DNA of 64,000 nucleotides from Candidatus Altiarchaeales archaeon ex4484_96 (GTDB lineage Archaea; Altiarchaeota; Altiarchaeia; IMC4; QMZM01): NCBI GenBank assembly GCA_002254405.1, contig NJDH01000003.1, positions 5,080 to 69,079 of the forward strand, read 5' to 3'. Shown piece by piece: positions 28,300 to 38,026 of this stretch (position 1 is its first letter; each line of letters starts with the position of its first letter). The notes under the pieces were generated by a model. It saw only the letters and a program-made list of their open reading frames with translations, ran no database searches and was not told where the DNA came from. The position numbers and the translations under genes were made by a program.

Positions 28300-29253
28300 A
28301 TGGAGCAGCCGTGGACCGAGAAATATCGGCCGAACAGACTTGATGAGATGGTGGGGCAAACAGCTCTTGTAGACCGATTTAAGGCGTATGTTAAGGCGAA
28401 CTCTATGCCTCATCTTTTATTCGCCGGCCCTGCGGGCTCTGGTAAGACGACTGCTGCACTCTGCATCACCCGTGAGTTGTTTGGGGGGATAAAAGGCAAT
28501 TTTCTGGAGCTCAATGCCTCGGATGAGAGAGGGATTGATGTTGTCCGCACGAAAATAAAGGATTTCGCGAGAACCCGCTCTATTTCCGGGGAATTCAAGA
28601 TTATCTTCCTTGATGAGGCTGATGCGCTAACCCCTGACGCCCAGAACGCTTTACGCCGGACTATGGAGAATTATGCCCGCACCTGTCGTTTTATTTTATC
28701 CTGTAATTATAGCAGCAAAATAATCGACCCCATCCAGTCGAGGTGTTCTGTTTTTCGTTTCCGTGGTTTATCTGATGATGCTATCAGAGCCCGCCTGAAG
28801 TATATTCTTGGGGAGGAGGGTGTTAGCTTCGATGATAGCGGCTTGGATGCTTTGGTTTATCTCTCTGAGGGGGATATGAGGCGTGCTGTTAATCTAGTGC
28901 AGTCGGCTGCTGCTTTAGGTGAGGTGGTGGAGGATAATGTTTACGCTATTTCTTCGCGGGCGAGGCCCGAGGATATCAAGCAGTTGCTGGTTGTTTCTTT
29001 GGGTGGGGATTTTTTGGAGGCCCGTAAACTGGTTGATAAGTTGATTATCGATTATGGTATGTCTGGTGAGGATGTTGTTGTGCAGTTGAGCAGGGAGGTT
29101 ATGGGGCTTGATGTAGGTGATGAGCTGAAGATTCGTATCGTGGATTTGGTTGGTGAGGCTAATTATGCTCTTGTGGAGGGGGCTAATGAGCGCATCCAGC
29201 TTGAGGCGTTGATTGCACGTCTTATGTTACTGAAGAAGGCGGTTTCAGATTAG
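28300..29253 (+). CDS. rfcS: Replication factor C small subunit
   Basis: Walker A GPAGSGKTT, DEAD-like FLDEAD, SRC motif QSRCSVFRF. 317 aa. Confidence 0.9.
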   Translation: MEQPWTEKYRPNRLDEMVGQTALVDRFKAYVKANSMPHLLFAGPAGSGKTTAALCITRELFGGIKGNFLELNASDERGIDVVRTKIKDFARTRSISGEFKIIFLDEADALTPDAQNALRRTMENYARTCRFILSCNYSSKIIDPIQSRCSVFRFRGLSDDAIRARLKYILGEEGVSFDDSGLDALVYLSEGDMRRAVNLVQSAAALGEVVEDNVYAISSRARPEDIKQLLVVSLGGDFLEARKLVDKLIIDYGMSGEDVVVQLSREVMGLDVGDELKIRIVDLVGEANYALVEGANERIQLEALIARLMLLKKAVSD

Positions 29254-29261
29254 TTTTTTTT
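29254..29261 (+). terminator. T8 tract directly after the rfcS stop codon
   Basis: gattagtttttttttgcagg at 29248-29267. Confidence 0.3.
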
Positions 29262-29381
29262 GCAGGTAGTCTACCAGCTCGGGTTCGATTCCCCTATCCT
29301 CAACAACGCGTTTTATTTTCTTGGGGTCTTCACCTGCCTGAAGCTGTTTTTTAATCCACTCTATTGTCTGCTCTCGTTTTT

Positions 29382-30326
29382 TCACCATCCTCGCATGCTT
29401 TTTTTCTTGTTTAAGGAGGCGACCATGAAATAAACCAAAACCAGCGCGATTAAGCTGGCAGCATATACTATGATATCGTCTATTTCATTGCTATCTGGTG
29501 TAATATATGTGGTTGAGGTGGTTGTTGTTTCAGCAATACAATCTGGGTCTTCTCCGGGGGCGCAGTCTGGGTCGCATATTGCATCGGCTGTGTAAACGCA
29601 GAATCCGTCTTTTGTCTGGGGGGGGCAGTCTATTCGACAAACCAGGTAATCCTCTCCCTCATCACATAATCCGTTACCACACTCTGTTGTGCAGTCGGGG
29701 TCTTGTCCTATTTGACAATCTGGGTCGCATTTAAGGTCCTCCAATCCGTCGCATAAGCCGTCTTCTAATCCTGATGGGCAGTCTTGTGGGCAGTTATGGT
29801 TGTTTTCCCCCGGCTCGCAGATTGAATCAAAATTGCATTGGAGCGTTATGGCTTCCTTGACATATATCTTGGGGGTGTTGGAGTAATATCTGCTGTCATC
29901 AGCTAAAATTAACTCAGCCTGCGCAACATCATATTCTTTTTCGCGCACCGGCTGGGGTATGGATTCAAATGTGAGGGTGTAGTTGTATTCTCTTTTACTT
30001 AAGGCGTCAACCGATACATTCAAATTTAATGTTCCACCCACCCCGCTTGGTTTAAACACCCCGCATTCTTTAGGTGAGGCGAACGGGGGATAGCCTTCAA
30101 TCAGTACCCCTGAAATAATCTTATCTTCTTTGTTTTCTATGCTAAGGTATACTATAATCTCGTCCCCGCTTCTTATCTCTGTTGCCGAGTAGCTTTTGGT
30201 CAGCTCAACGCTTGCGTTAACAGATAAAATAAACGATATTAATACCAGGATAAATATTATTTTTTTCAACATTTGCTTTCCTCCATGACCCGTACCCAGT
30301 CCACTGTTTGATCGTATTTGAAACAT
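29382..30326 (-). CDS. Secreted Cys-rich surface protein with a signal peptide, beta-rich domain, CDPDC-type Cys repeats, Thr-rich stalk and C-terminal TM anchor
   Basis: Signal peptide MLKKIIFILVLISFILSVNA. Repeats DGLCDGLEDLKCDPDCQIGQDPDCTTECGNGLCDEGEDYLVCRIDCP...CDPDCAPGEDPDC. Stalk ETTTTSTTYITP. C-terminal anchor LIALVLVYFMVASLNKKK. Confidence 0.6.
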   Translation of the reverse strand: MFQIRSNSGLGTGHGGKQMLKKIIFILVLISFILSVNASVELTKSYSATEIRSGDEIIVYLSIENKEDKIISGVLIEGYPPFASPKECGVFKPSGVGGTLNLNVSVDALSKREYNYTLTFESIPQPVREKEYDVAQAELILADDSRYYSNTPKIYVKEAITLQCNFDSICEPGENNHNCPQDCPSGLEDGLCDGLEDLKCDPDCQIGQDPDCTTECGNGLCDEGEDYLVCRIDCPPQTKDGFCVYTADAICDPDCAPGEDPDCIAETTTTSTTYITPDSNEIDDIIVYAASLIALVLVYFMVASLNKKKSMRGW

Positions 30327-33163
30327 ATGTTTTCTCCCAGGTTCTGGTGGATGTATATGTTATATTCGGTATCCCAGCTTGTGTGGGTTACTAGCTCGGG
30401 TCTTCCATGGCTGGTTAGGTAATCTTCTACCTGATTGAAGTAGACTGCTGCGTAGCTTTCCCACACGCTCACATCCATGATGTCGCAGATGTGTGTTGTT
30501 CCGCCGCTATCATAGCAGTCTATGATTGCCTGGCTTACCTGCGCTACCCTTGTATCCAGGGGCAGCATATAATGTAATTCCACGCTGCTGCAGGCTCCAT
30601 CGAATTTAGCTGCATCCATCCAGTGATCCCATCCATAATCGTTCCATGTGATGGTTCTTGCCCCCCCCTGGCATGTGCAGGAGCCGCAGGTGGAAAACCA
30701 GCTTGTGATGGGGGCCCATGTATGACAGCATGTGATATCCATAGCCCACCAGCTTCCCGAATCGGACTGGTACATGACAACACTATGTTCGGTTGTTGCT
30801 GTATCAAAGCGCACACCATATGCTCTGCCCGGGGGGACCCCCACGGTCCTGATAAGCGATAAGAGCACTATAGACCAGTGAGTGCATACTCCTCTAAGAG
30901 AGGGGTTGTTTATGAGTTGACTGGCTGTGTTGTCTGCGCAGGCTGCTCCACCGTACTGGTGTATTGAGTGTAGTTCGGTGAATATTTTTTCCACTGCATT
31001 ATCAAAGCTTCCGCCGGCGACTTCCGATGCTAATGAGGGGTCTGATAGAACCCATTCATTGATTTTGGTTTGCATGGGGGGCTCGGGGTCGCATATTTCT
31101 ATTCCCCCGTTTATGTAGTCTGTGATGTGGTCGTAGATGGTTTTAGGCCATGTTGGCAGGTTAACATATTGCATGGTGCATACGACATCTTTTTGCGGTT
31201 CAACGGGTTCGCCTAAACATGAGCCTGTGACTGTTAATTCCACTGTTTCGTCGTCTGTGTTGCTTGCTGAGTCGGTTACGGTTAGTGTTATCGTGTATGT
31301 TCCCTGTGTGGTGTAGTCGTGTGTTGTTGTTTCCCCTGAGCCGGTTGCTCCATCCCCGAAATCCCACGCATATGCTGTGTAGGGTGTTGTTCCCCCGGTT
31401 GCGCTTCCTGTTAAGCTGACTGTTAAGGGGGCTGCTCCGGTGAGGGGGTTGGCATCAATTGATGCCGTAAGCGCTGGTATGGTCACGGTTATGTCTTGGG
31501 TGGCTTGGTCTGTATCGGCGTTATCGTCTTCTACTGTCAGCGTTATCGTGTATGTTCCCTGTGTGGTGTAGTCGTGTGTTGTTGTCTGCCCTGAGCCTGT
31601 TGACCCATCTGCGAAATCCCACACGTAGGAGTAGGGTGCGGTTCCACCGGTTGCGCTTCCTGTTAAGCTGACTGTTAAGGGAGCCGCTCCTGTGAGAGGA
31701 TTAGCAGAAAATGATGCTTGCAAATCCCCATCTCCGTCACCGTCTCCATCACCATCCCCGTCGCCACCACCACCATCATAGCAGGCGTAGGTGCTGCAGT
31801 CTAGCTGGGGCAGGGTACTTAGATGATCCATACAGTGTTCGCAGAATCCTATTGGCTCGGCGGCCCCCCCCGGACCCATTATGCAGCGCCCTCCGTTGGG
31901 GTTTAGGTTACCTAAGCAGGTTATTTCTATGGGGCTGGGGCATGATGTCCCTCCAGCACAATAGTCTGAGGTAAACCCTGGAGCGGGGTCGCTTCCGCTC
32001 ATTGATGCATCCAGGCAGTTAGCTGCTGGATTCTCTAAACCGTATCCACCGCATCTACAGGCATCATAGTATTCGTCGTTTAAGCCCCATTTGTTTCCTA
32101 GCTCATGTAAAACAGAGGCTCTGTGAACTGATTCCGCGATGATTATTTTAGCCAAGTTTGGGTCTGTCTTATAAACCCATCCTGCATGGCTCCCGCAGAC
32201 GTCGGTATCTATAAAACCCACCGCATAATCGTAGGTTTCACCTGTTGCATCAGCGCATGCTTTAACCGCCGACAGGGCGTTAACCATCATCGAATCGTTG
32301 CAGAATCCAGAATTAAGTGATGCTGTGCAGGCAGTATCTGATCTTATTATTTTAATTGATGTAGGACAGTCTTTGAGAGGTGTGTTTTGGGTTATCAGGT
32401 TTTTCTGCTCCTCGACGCTGCCTTCGTATGTGCCTGAAAAAGCCCAGTTTAGGGGGATGAATAACAGGGTCAGCTTGGGTTCAGCTATTATTATGTTAAT
32501 GGAGTCGCTTCCGCTTTTCTGGGGGCTGCTGCTGTCTGTTACGCTGTAGGTGATAGTGTGCCCTCCCACGGAAAGGCTATCGTTTATGAAATCCGACACA
32601 TCTCCCATGTTGTCAAGCAGTTCAAAGAGCTGTCCATTAATACTTGAGCTCCATCTGTGGTCGTAGTTGGCTGTTCCCCCTGATACGCTCCCAAAGAAAT
32701 GTATTTCCTCGCCCTCCCCAAAGCATGCTCCGTCGGCGGGGTATTCTATCACAACGGTTAAATCCCCATCTCCGTCCCCGTCACCATCCCCATTTACTCC
32801 CGGCACATCGCATGCTTCCATCACATCAACATCCTCCATTAAAAGATCCGCTAAGGCGATGAATCCCACGATTATGACCACCCCCAGTATGGTGTTGAAT
32901 ATGATGTGTTTGCCTTGGTTTTTTATGCCCGGGTCGGTGCTCAACTGCATCAATCCTCCTAAGGCGAATAAAACGAACATTATGGGAACCAGAAGAGTCA
33001 TTATAACGCAGAGTATGGGCACGATTAGACAGGTTAGTCTCCCCAAGTAATCTGTTTGGGGGGCGGGGCATATTTCCTCGAGAGATTGTGCTGTAACACT
33101 GGAGGATATAATAAATATTAGCAGAAGATAAATGAGTTTTTTTTTGTTATTGCTGGATGACAT
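30266..33163 (-). CDS. 965-aa surface protein with an N-terminal hairpin module (TM anchor), a (GD)n linker, a beta-rich domain, a zincin-like domain with degenerate HELGN...GLNDEY motif, a (GD)n linker, two PKD repeats and a Cys-rich C-terminal domain
   Basis: N-terminus CLIVPILCVIMTLLVPIMFVLFALGGLMQLSTDPGIKNQGKHIIFNTILGVVIIVGF. VNGDGDGDGDGDL and GGGGDGDGDGDGDGDGD linkers. PKD WDFADG/WDFGDG motifs. The HExxN motif is at residues 353-365, encoded at about nt 32069-32110. Confidence 0.7.
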   Translation of the reverse strand: MSSSNNKKKLIYLLLIFIISSSVTAQSLEEICPAPQTDYLGRLTCLIVPILCVIMTLLVPIMFVLFALGGLMQLSTDPGIKNQGKHIIFNTILGVVIIVGFIALADLLMEDVDVMEACDVPGVNGDGDGDGDGDLTVVIEYPADGACFGEGEEIHFFGSVSGGTANYDHRWSSSINGQLFELLDNMGDVSDFINDSLSVGGHTITYSVTDSSSPQKSGSDSINIIIAEPKLTLLFIPLNWAFSGTYEGSVEEQKNLITQNTPLKDCPTSIKIIRSDTACTASLNSGFCNDSMMVNALSAVKACADATGETYDYAVGFIDTDVCGSHAGWVYKTDPNLAKIIIAESVHRASVLHELGNKWGLNDEYYDACRCGGYGLENPAANCLDASMSGSDPAPGFTSDYCAGGTSCPSPIEITCLGNLNPNGGRCIMGPGGAAEPIGFCEHCMDHLSTLPQLDCSTYACYDGGGGDGDGDGDGDGDGDLQASFSANPLTGAAPLTVSLTGSATGGTAPYSYVWDFADGSTGSGQTTTHDYTTQGTYTITLTVEDDNADTDQATQDITVTIPALTASIDANPLTGAAPLTVSLTGSATGGTTPYTAYAWDFGDGATGSGETTTHDYTTQGTYTITLTVTDSASNTDDETVELTVTGSCLGEPVEPQKDVVCTMQYVNLPTWPKTIYDHITDYINGGIEICDPEPPMQTKINEWVLSDPSLASEVAGGSFDNAVEKIFTELHSIHQYGGAACADNTASQLINNPSLRGVCTHWSIVLLSLIRTVGVPPGRAYGVRFDTATTEHSVVMYQSDSGSWWAMDITCCHTWAPITSWFSTCGSCTCQGGARTITWNDYGWDHWMDAAKFDGACSSVELHYMLPLDTRVAQVSQAIIDCYDSGGTTHICDIMDVSVWESYAAVYFNQVEDYLTSHGRPELVTHTSWDTEYNIYIHQNLGENICFKYDQTVDWVRVMEESKC
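31255..31770. repeat. About 255-bp tandem direct repeat (2 copies, roughly 85-90% identical) encoding the two PKD domains
   Basis: gttatcgtgtatgttccctgtgtggtgtagtcgtgtgttgttgt occurs at 31287 and 31542. ggttgcgcttcctgttaagctgactgttaaggg occurs at about 31400 and 31650. Confidence 0.6.
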
Positions 33164-33228
33164 CTTCGGGTTTTTGTTTTTTTATTGAATATATTACTTG
33201 TTGAACTATAATATAACCATTTACCAAA
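33164..33228. promoter_or_regulatory. AT-rich divergent intergenic region between the two giant surface-protein genes. It is expected to hold divergent promoters
   Basis: ttttgtttttttattgaatatattacttgttgaactataatataaccatttaccaaa with TATA-like elements on both strands. Confidence 0.35.
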
Positions 33229-36200
33229 ATGACGAGATATTATTTTATCCCGCACTCTGTTGTTGTTTTGCTTTTTTTTTCATTTAGCTTGGTCTCTCTT
33301 GTAATTAATGTTGAGGCATGTGTATCATCACCAGAGTGCCCTGATAGATGCCCATACCTTGGAAATGGTTGGGGGTGCTATTATGATAATGAATGCACAA
33401 TCCTTTGTGAATACTGTGGTGAAATATACCCTGTAACCGAGGCTGAAGACTGTGACTGGGGTGATACAAACTGTATCAACCAGCCTCATCTGCCTCTCAC
33501 CGATGATATACCACCTGACTACGAGAATGTCGGGATTGCCTCTTTTGGAGAAGCATATTATTATCGCAGAGGATTTATTGATGTTGTTGAAAGCGGCACT
33601 CCTGAGGCGCAGATAAGCATATCACCCGATGTTTATCTGAAGGAAGTCAGCGAAGATTTTTATTGCTTTAAGACTCTGCTTCTTGATTTAGACATATGTG
33701 AGGTGATAGGCGGCAGCGTAGATAATACAGACTATGATCTTGTATCGAGCAAAGAAAGAGCCACAAGACAATTTGAGAGGGATGAGGCTTATTCTTTCAA
33801 CTATGGCTCGAATCCCATAGCAAGATGTTACAGGACGGCGGATTTAGGCCGGGGTGTGACCGAGCAACAGGAGATGCAGCTTGTAATAACTCCAACTAAT
33901 CTTGTGGTGGCCGCCCAGAAACCATCGTATAGCTGCAGCCAGTATGCCACAGAGCAGGCATGTCAGTCAACCGGGGTTTGCGAGTGGGACGAGGTGTGGC
34001 TGAGATGTGAGTTTGTTCCATATGAGGGTTTCACAGAAGAAAACCAGGTGATGTTCTGGCTTATGGAACCTGAAAGATGCTATGCCTTGGATATTTATGG
34101 GGCTGGCTCCACATATAAGTGGACCTTGATTAACGACCCGGCATATAAGGCTCTGGTAGAGCACTATCATAGCAGGTCCGGTTTTGGTCCGTTGACGGAC
34201 CCGCCCCCCGAAGTTGACGCTGATGATTTGCCCAAGGACCTCAAGCCCTCGTATCATGTTGAGCTTTTTTTCGGGGCTGATGAGGTTTACGCTACTTTCT
34301 TCGAGAAATGGGCTAAACATTATATTAAGGAGCTTGGGGGCATGGATGAGTCGGAGAGGCTTTACTGCTATAAGACGGATTTATGGGATACCAGCTACTG
34401 CTATGAGCTGCCTTATCACCTGTATTCTTTTCTTGAAGACAACAGTCTTGTTTTGATTGATGATGTATACATCAACAACATAAAACTGTGGAACGACTTC
34501 CAGTACATAAATGAGATGCCAGCAAAGAATCTTATAACATATGATGTGCCCGGAATTAATGTTGTATACATAATGGGTCCTCCGCTGGAGGATGAAGAGC
34601 GTCTTTGGCACGGGCTCTGGATTAAGTTTTTCACAGTAAGCCCGATGATTCAGTTATCCGGTGCTGGGGGGGCATCCAGGTGGGCTCAGACGAGGGTTGA
34701 GACAGAGGAGTATGTTGGTTCCGGTATGGATAGGAGGGATGCATGTGAATATAGCTGCGTTTATACTGAGGAGGAATCAGATAATCCATGCCGTCTCCTT
34801 GAAGAGTGCGATCCGTTTGACCCCATGGATGATGACGAAACCCAATATGAGCATTGTCCTAATGAAAATCCTCATTATGACCTATGCTCGGGTTTTGATT
34901 CAGATGAGGATCCTGATAGCGTTGATCAGATTGGTTCATGCAGTATCTATCGGGGGGTGGATGATGAGTGTGTATCGGATACGGGGGATTATCCAACATG
35001 CTTGGAGTGGCGTGTTAATCCACCATCGGCTAGTGACTGCTGGGGTGGTCTAAATGAGGTTGAACCCTGTGAGGTTATATCGCAGTATCAGCTTATGCGG
35101 GATTGTCCACCAGAGGAATGTAGGGATGCTGGCTATGGTCAGGGGGGTTTCGAGAAGGTGGAGGTGCCGTGGTATGAGCGTATTTGGGGTTCAGGTAATG
35201 AATACTGTGTCTGGAAGCTTTTATCTCAATACCCTGATTGTACCAGTTGTCTGGAAGGCTCTCAGGGTGTTGGTTACACCATTGTTGAACAAAAGCAGGA
35301 GGCTCCAGGACCTCTTTGCCTCACAAAGTACATACTGGAAGGTGGTGTCAAGGCTACGACAACAATCAAGATTAGATACAATGGTAGTCTCACCCCTGAT
35401 GAGGTTTACAGGGTTGAGATACACAATATAAGCGACAATATATGGATGACGGAGTTTGAGCAATCTAGTAAACCCTATTTCAAGTTAATAGACACCGCTG
35501 ATATACCCTTCCAGGTTACCTGTGCTTATCTGGTTGCTTCACCGCGTTTTGACTGTGAATTTGAGGCTGGTTGCTCTAATGTCCAGATTGTAAGATACAT
35601 GAGATCTAAAATGGGCAGGTGGTCTAGGCTTACCTTAGATTCGGATGTGCTTAAATCTGATGTTATAAATGATATTCACATGAATGTGGAGTTTGAAGTG
35701 AAACAGGATTATTTAACCGGTCTTAGGGAGGATAGGTTTTATACGGCATGCGACAGGTTAAACTGCAACTGTGAGGAATGTTTGTGCCCCTGTAAATGTC
35801 CTGAGATACATACACCCACCTATCAGTTTATCCTAGCTGACAGTAACACAGGATATAACGATGATGTCTGCGGCGGGGTGAGCGAGAAGGTTATGCTTTT
35901 ATGTCCCTGCCCGCTTTGTTGTTATCCTCCCCGCTCCTCATGGTATGATATGTGCTGGCATCAGTGGAGGGAGGAAATAAAGTCATGGTATCATGAGCAG
36001 ACGACCTCAACGATATCCGACAGCTTTGAGGTATTCAACTGGGAGAAAGAAGGTTGGGTGTATAACAGCCCATCAGGTGAGGATGAGCCTATTGAACATT
36101 ATCTGGAGCTGGATGCCACAAGATACAAAGACGGGGATATCATATCCACCCAGGGGTTCATCAACTTCACAATAAGCCCTAATATCTTTCGGGGGATGGA

Positions 36201-38025
36201 GTTGTATGTTAATGACTCCGAGGGATTCTATCATAAGCTTATCAGCGTGGTAGGGCATTATCTCACAAGGAAAAAATCAAGCCCCCTCCCGGATACGAAG
36301 GAATATAAATTCGACAGCAGATACGGTTACGAGCTTGACAGGTACGGGTATCCCGAGCAGTGCAAGAAGATATGTGAGCCGCCTCCAAGATGCGAATGCG
36401 ATCCCTCTGATATAACGGCTCCCCTCTGTTACAACATGGATTTGATAGTGTATCGCGCTGATATCGAGGATTTGCTTTGTGAGTATTATTCCGACGACCC
36501 TGTTGTGACAAGGATATGCGATGATGGCTCGATAACAGATGACCAGCAGATAATCGACGATTTATGCACCCGATACCTTAATGAGGTGGGTGTTGTTAAA
36601 TGCGAGCTGGATCATAACAGGGTATACTGTTTCGATCAATACATGGACGATGACCTTTATATGGCCTGCTACGGGGATCATCTAACAGCACCAGAGGACT
36701 GTGTTTGCACTCCGGATAAGAGATACGATAACCCCTGCACCTCAGAGAGGGATTTCCATGAGGATGAGGGGAGCATTATAGTAAACGGCGATTTCGAGAT
36801 GGGCTTTCAGTCGAATAAACTCGGGCCCTGGGATGGTGATGGTGTTGTTTTCTGGATGGGTAGAAACGGTTACGCTCTTCAATTAGCTGACGGGCAGGCT
36901 GTGGAGCAGCAGATACCCGAGTATGTGTCTAATGACCCGGCTAATGATATGCTTTGTCTGGAGTATGGTGTGGACTCTTTTGTTGGAGGGGGGGAAATCC
37001 ATATTGTCATCATAGAAAACACCGAAGAGGATGGTCGAGGCGATGAGCTTGCCAGGTATACTCTCTATGCGCCCGAGGATTGTCCCCCGGATCTTTCAGA
37101 GGATGAAAAATACTGGATTAGGGCGTGTGTTGATGGTGTGCCTGAAAAGATACCGGGCAATATACTGCGGATTGAGGTGGGAGGAAACGATTTCGTCATA
37201 GACAACATCAACGTGGGTAAATACTATGATTTTGTTGTATCGCATAACGAGGATATCGAGAATATGACCTGGAGCGACCAGTGGGCTTCGCAGTCTAGCG
37301 CTGGGATTTATGAGCTTATGGTTAACGATATCGACCATGGCTCATCTGATAGTGTTTTCCCGGGCGGACATTACTATACCATCTACTTTAAGAGCTTGCC
37401 TGAGCCCTTCAGGGAGCTGCCTTCCTCAAGTGAGCTTTATGATGTTATATCCAAGCAGGCTTTCATGGAGGGGAGCGTTAAAATACACACCTATTACATG
37501 ACCCGCGAGATACCCTTAAGCTCGGCGGACAAGTTCAAGATAAGGGATGCTATGGAGTTGACTTACTGGATGGAACCTGATAATCTGGCGTTGTTCCCCG
37601 GCACCGAAGTGACCGTTAAGCTAAAATTGTATAACCTGGATGAAAAACGTGGTGAATCAGGTAAGAGGGTTTATGTTTGGAGCAGCGATGTCGCTGATTT
37701 ATCCGCGCTAAGCCCCTCTGGTTTAAGCGAGGAAGATGGGCAGTATTATGTTGTCACAGGGGCTGATGGTACCGCTGAATTCACTATTGTTCCCTCAGAC
37801 ACCGTTTCTTTGGAGATAAAGCATTTTGGTGATGAGGACCCCTCGGGCCACACGACAAAGAAGGTGTTGAGGGTTAATGTGTTGTCGATATATACTCCGT
37901 TTCTTTCTCCGCAGACGCTTGTCTTGTTGTTGATTTTGATTGTGGCAGCGTTCTCTTATAAGTTTCTTGGAGTGGGTCGTATGCAGCTTGAGGGTTGGTT
38001 GGATGATCTAAGAGGAAAAAAATAA
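33229..38025 (+). CDS. 1598-aa secreted Cys-rich giant protein with an N-terminal signal peptide and a C-terminal TM anchor. It has no recognizable catalytic motif
   Basis: Signal VVVLLFFSFSLVSLVINVEA. Over 90 Cys, many as CxC, CxxC or CP pairs. C-terminal anchor TLVLLLILIVAAFSYKFLGVGR. The stop abuts the next gene at 38027. Confidence 0.7.
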   Translation: MTRYYFIPHSVVVLLFFSFSLVSLVINVEACVSSPECPDRCPYLGNGWGCYYDNECTILCEYCGEIYPVTEAEDCDWGDTNCINQPHLPLTDDIPPDYENVGIASFGEAYYYRRGFIDVVESGTPEAQISISPDVYLKEVSEDFYCFKTLLLDLDICEVIGGSVDNTDYDLVSSKERATRQFERDEAYSFNYGSNPIARCYRTADLGRGVTEQQEMQLVITPTNLVVAAQKPSYSCSQYATEQACQSTGVCEWDEVWLRCEFVPYEGFTEENQVMFWLMEPERCYALDIYGAGSTYKWTLINDPAYKALVEHYHSRSGFGPLTDPPPEVDADDLPKDLKPSYHVELFFGADEVYATFFEKWAKHYIKELGGMDESERLYCYKTDLWDTSYCYELPYHLYSFLEDNSLVLIDDVYINNIKLWNDFQYINEMPAKNLITYDVPGINVVYIMGPPLEDEERLWHGLWIKFFTVSPMIQLSGAGGASRWAQTRVETEEYVGSGMDRRDACEYSCVYTEEESDNPCRLLEECDPFDPMDDDETQYEHCPNENPHYDLCSGFDSDEDPDSVDQIGSCSIYRGVDDECVSDTGDYPTCLEWRVNPPSASDCWGGLNEVEPCEVISQYQLMRDCPPEECRDAGYGQGGFEKVEVPWYERIWGSGNEYCVWKLLSQYPDCTSCLEGSQGVGYTIVEQKQEAPGPLCLTKYILEGGVKATTTIKIRYNGSLTPDEVYRVEIHNISDNIWMTEFEQSSKPYFKLIDTADIPFQVTCAYLVASPRFDCEFEAGCSNVQIVRYMRSKMGRWSRLTLDSDVLKSDVINDIHMNVEFEVKQDYLTGLREDRFYTACDRLNCNCEECLCPCKCPEIHTPTYQFILADSNTGYNDDVCGGVSEKVMLLCPCPLCCYPPRSSWYDMCWHQWREEIKSWYHEQTTSTISDSFEVFNWEKEGWVYNSPSGEDEPIEHYLELDATRYKDGDIISTQGFINFTISPNIFRGMELYVNDSEGFYHKLISVVGHYLTRKKSSPLPDTKEYKFDSRYGYELDRYGYPEQCKKICEPPPRCECDPSDITAPLCYNMDLIVYRADIEDLLCEYYSDDPVVTRICDDGSITDDQQIIDDLCTRYLNEVGVVKCELDHNRVYCFDQYMDDDLYMACYGDHLTAPEDCVCTPDKRYDNPCTSERDFHEDEGSIIVNGDFEMGFQSNKLGPWDGDGVVFWMGRNGYALQLADGQAVEQQIPEYVSNDPANDMLCLEYGVDSFVGGGEIHIVIIENTEEDGRGDELARYTLYAPEDCPPDLSEDEKYWIRACVDGVPEKIPGNILRIEVGGNDFVIDNINVGKYYDFVVSHNEDIENMTWSDQWASQSSAGIYELMVNDIDHGSSDSVFPGGHYYTIYFKSLPEPFRELPSSSELYDVISKQAFMEGSVKIHTYYMTREIPLSSADKFKIRDAMELTYWMEPDNLALFPGTEVTVKLKLYNLDEKRGESGKRVYVWSSDVADLSALSPSGLSEEDGQYYVVTGADGTAEFTIVPSDTVSLEIKHFGDEDPSGHTTKKVLRVNVLSIYTPFLSPQTLVLLLILIVAAFSYKFLGVGRMQLEGWLDDLRGKK

Positions 38026-38026
38026 C

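Noticed and set aside
29245-29388. 47-aa minus-strand ORF (MVKKREQTIEWIKKQLQAGEDPKKIKRVVEDRGIEPELVDYLQKKLI) between rfcS and the Cys-rich protein gene
   Set aside because: It has a plausible start and is unique intergenic sequence. But I recognise no family, its end overlaps the rfcS stop, and no RBS-like sequence is present. It is left uncalled.
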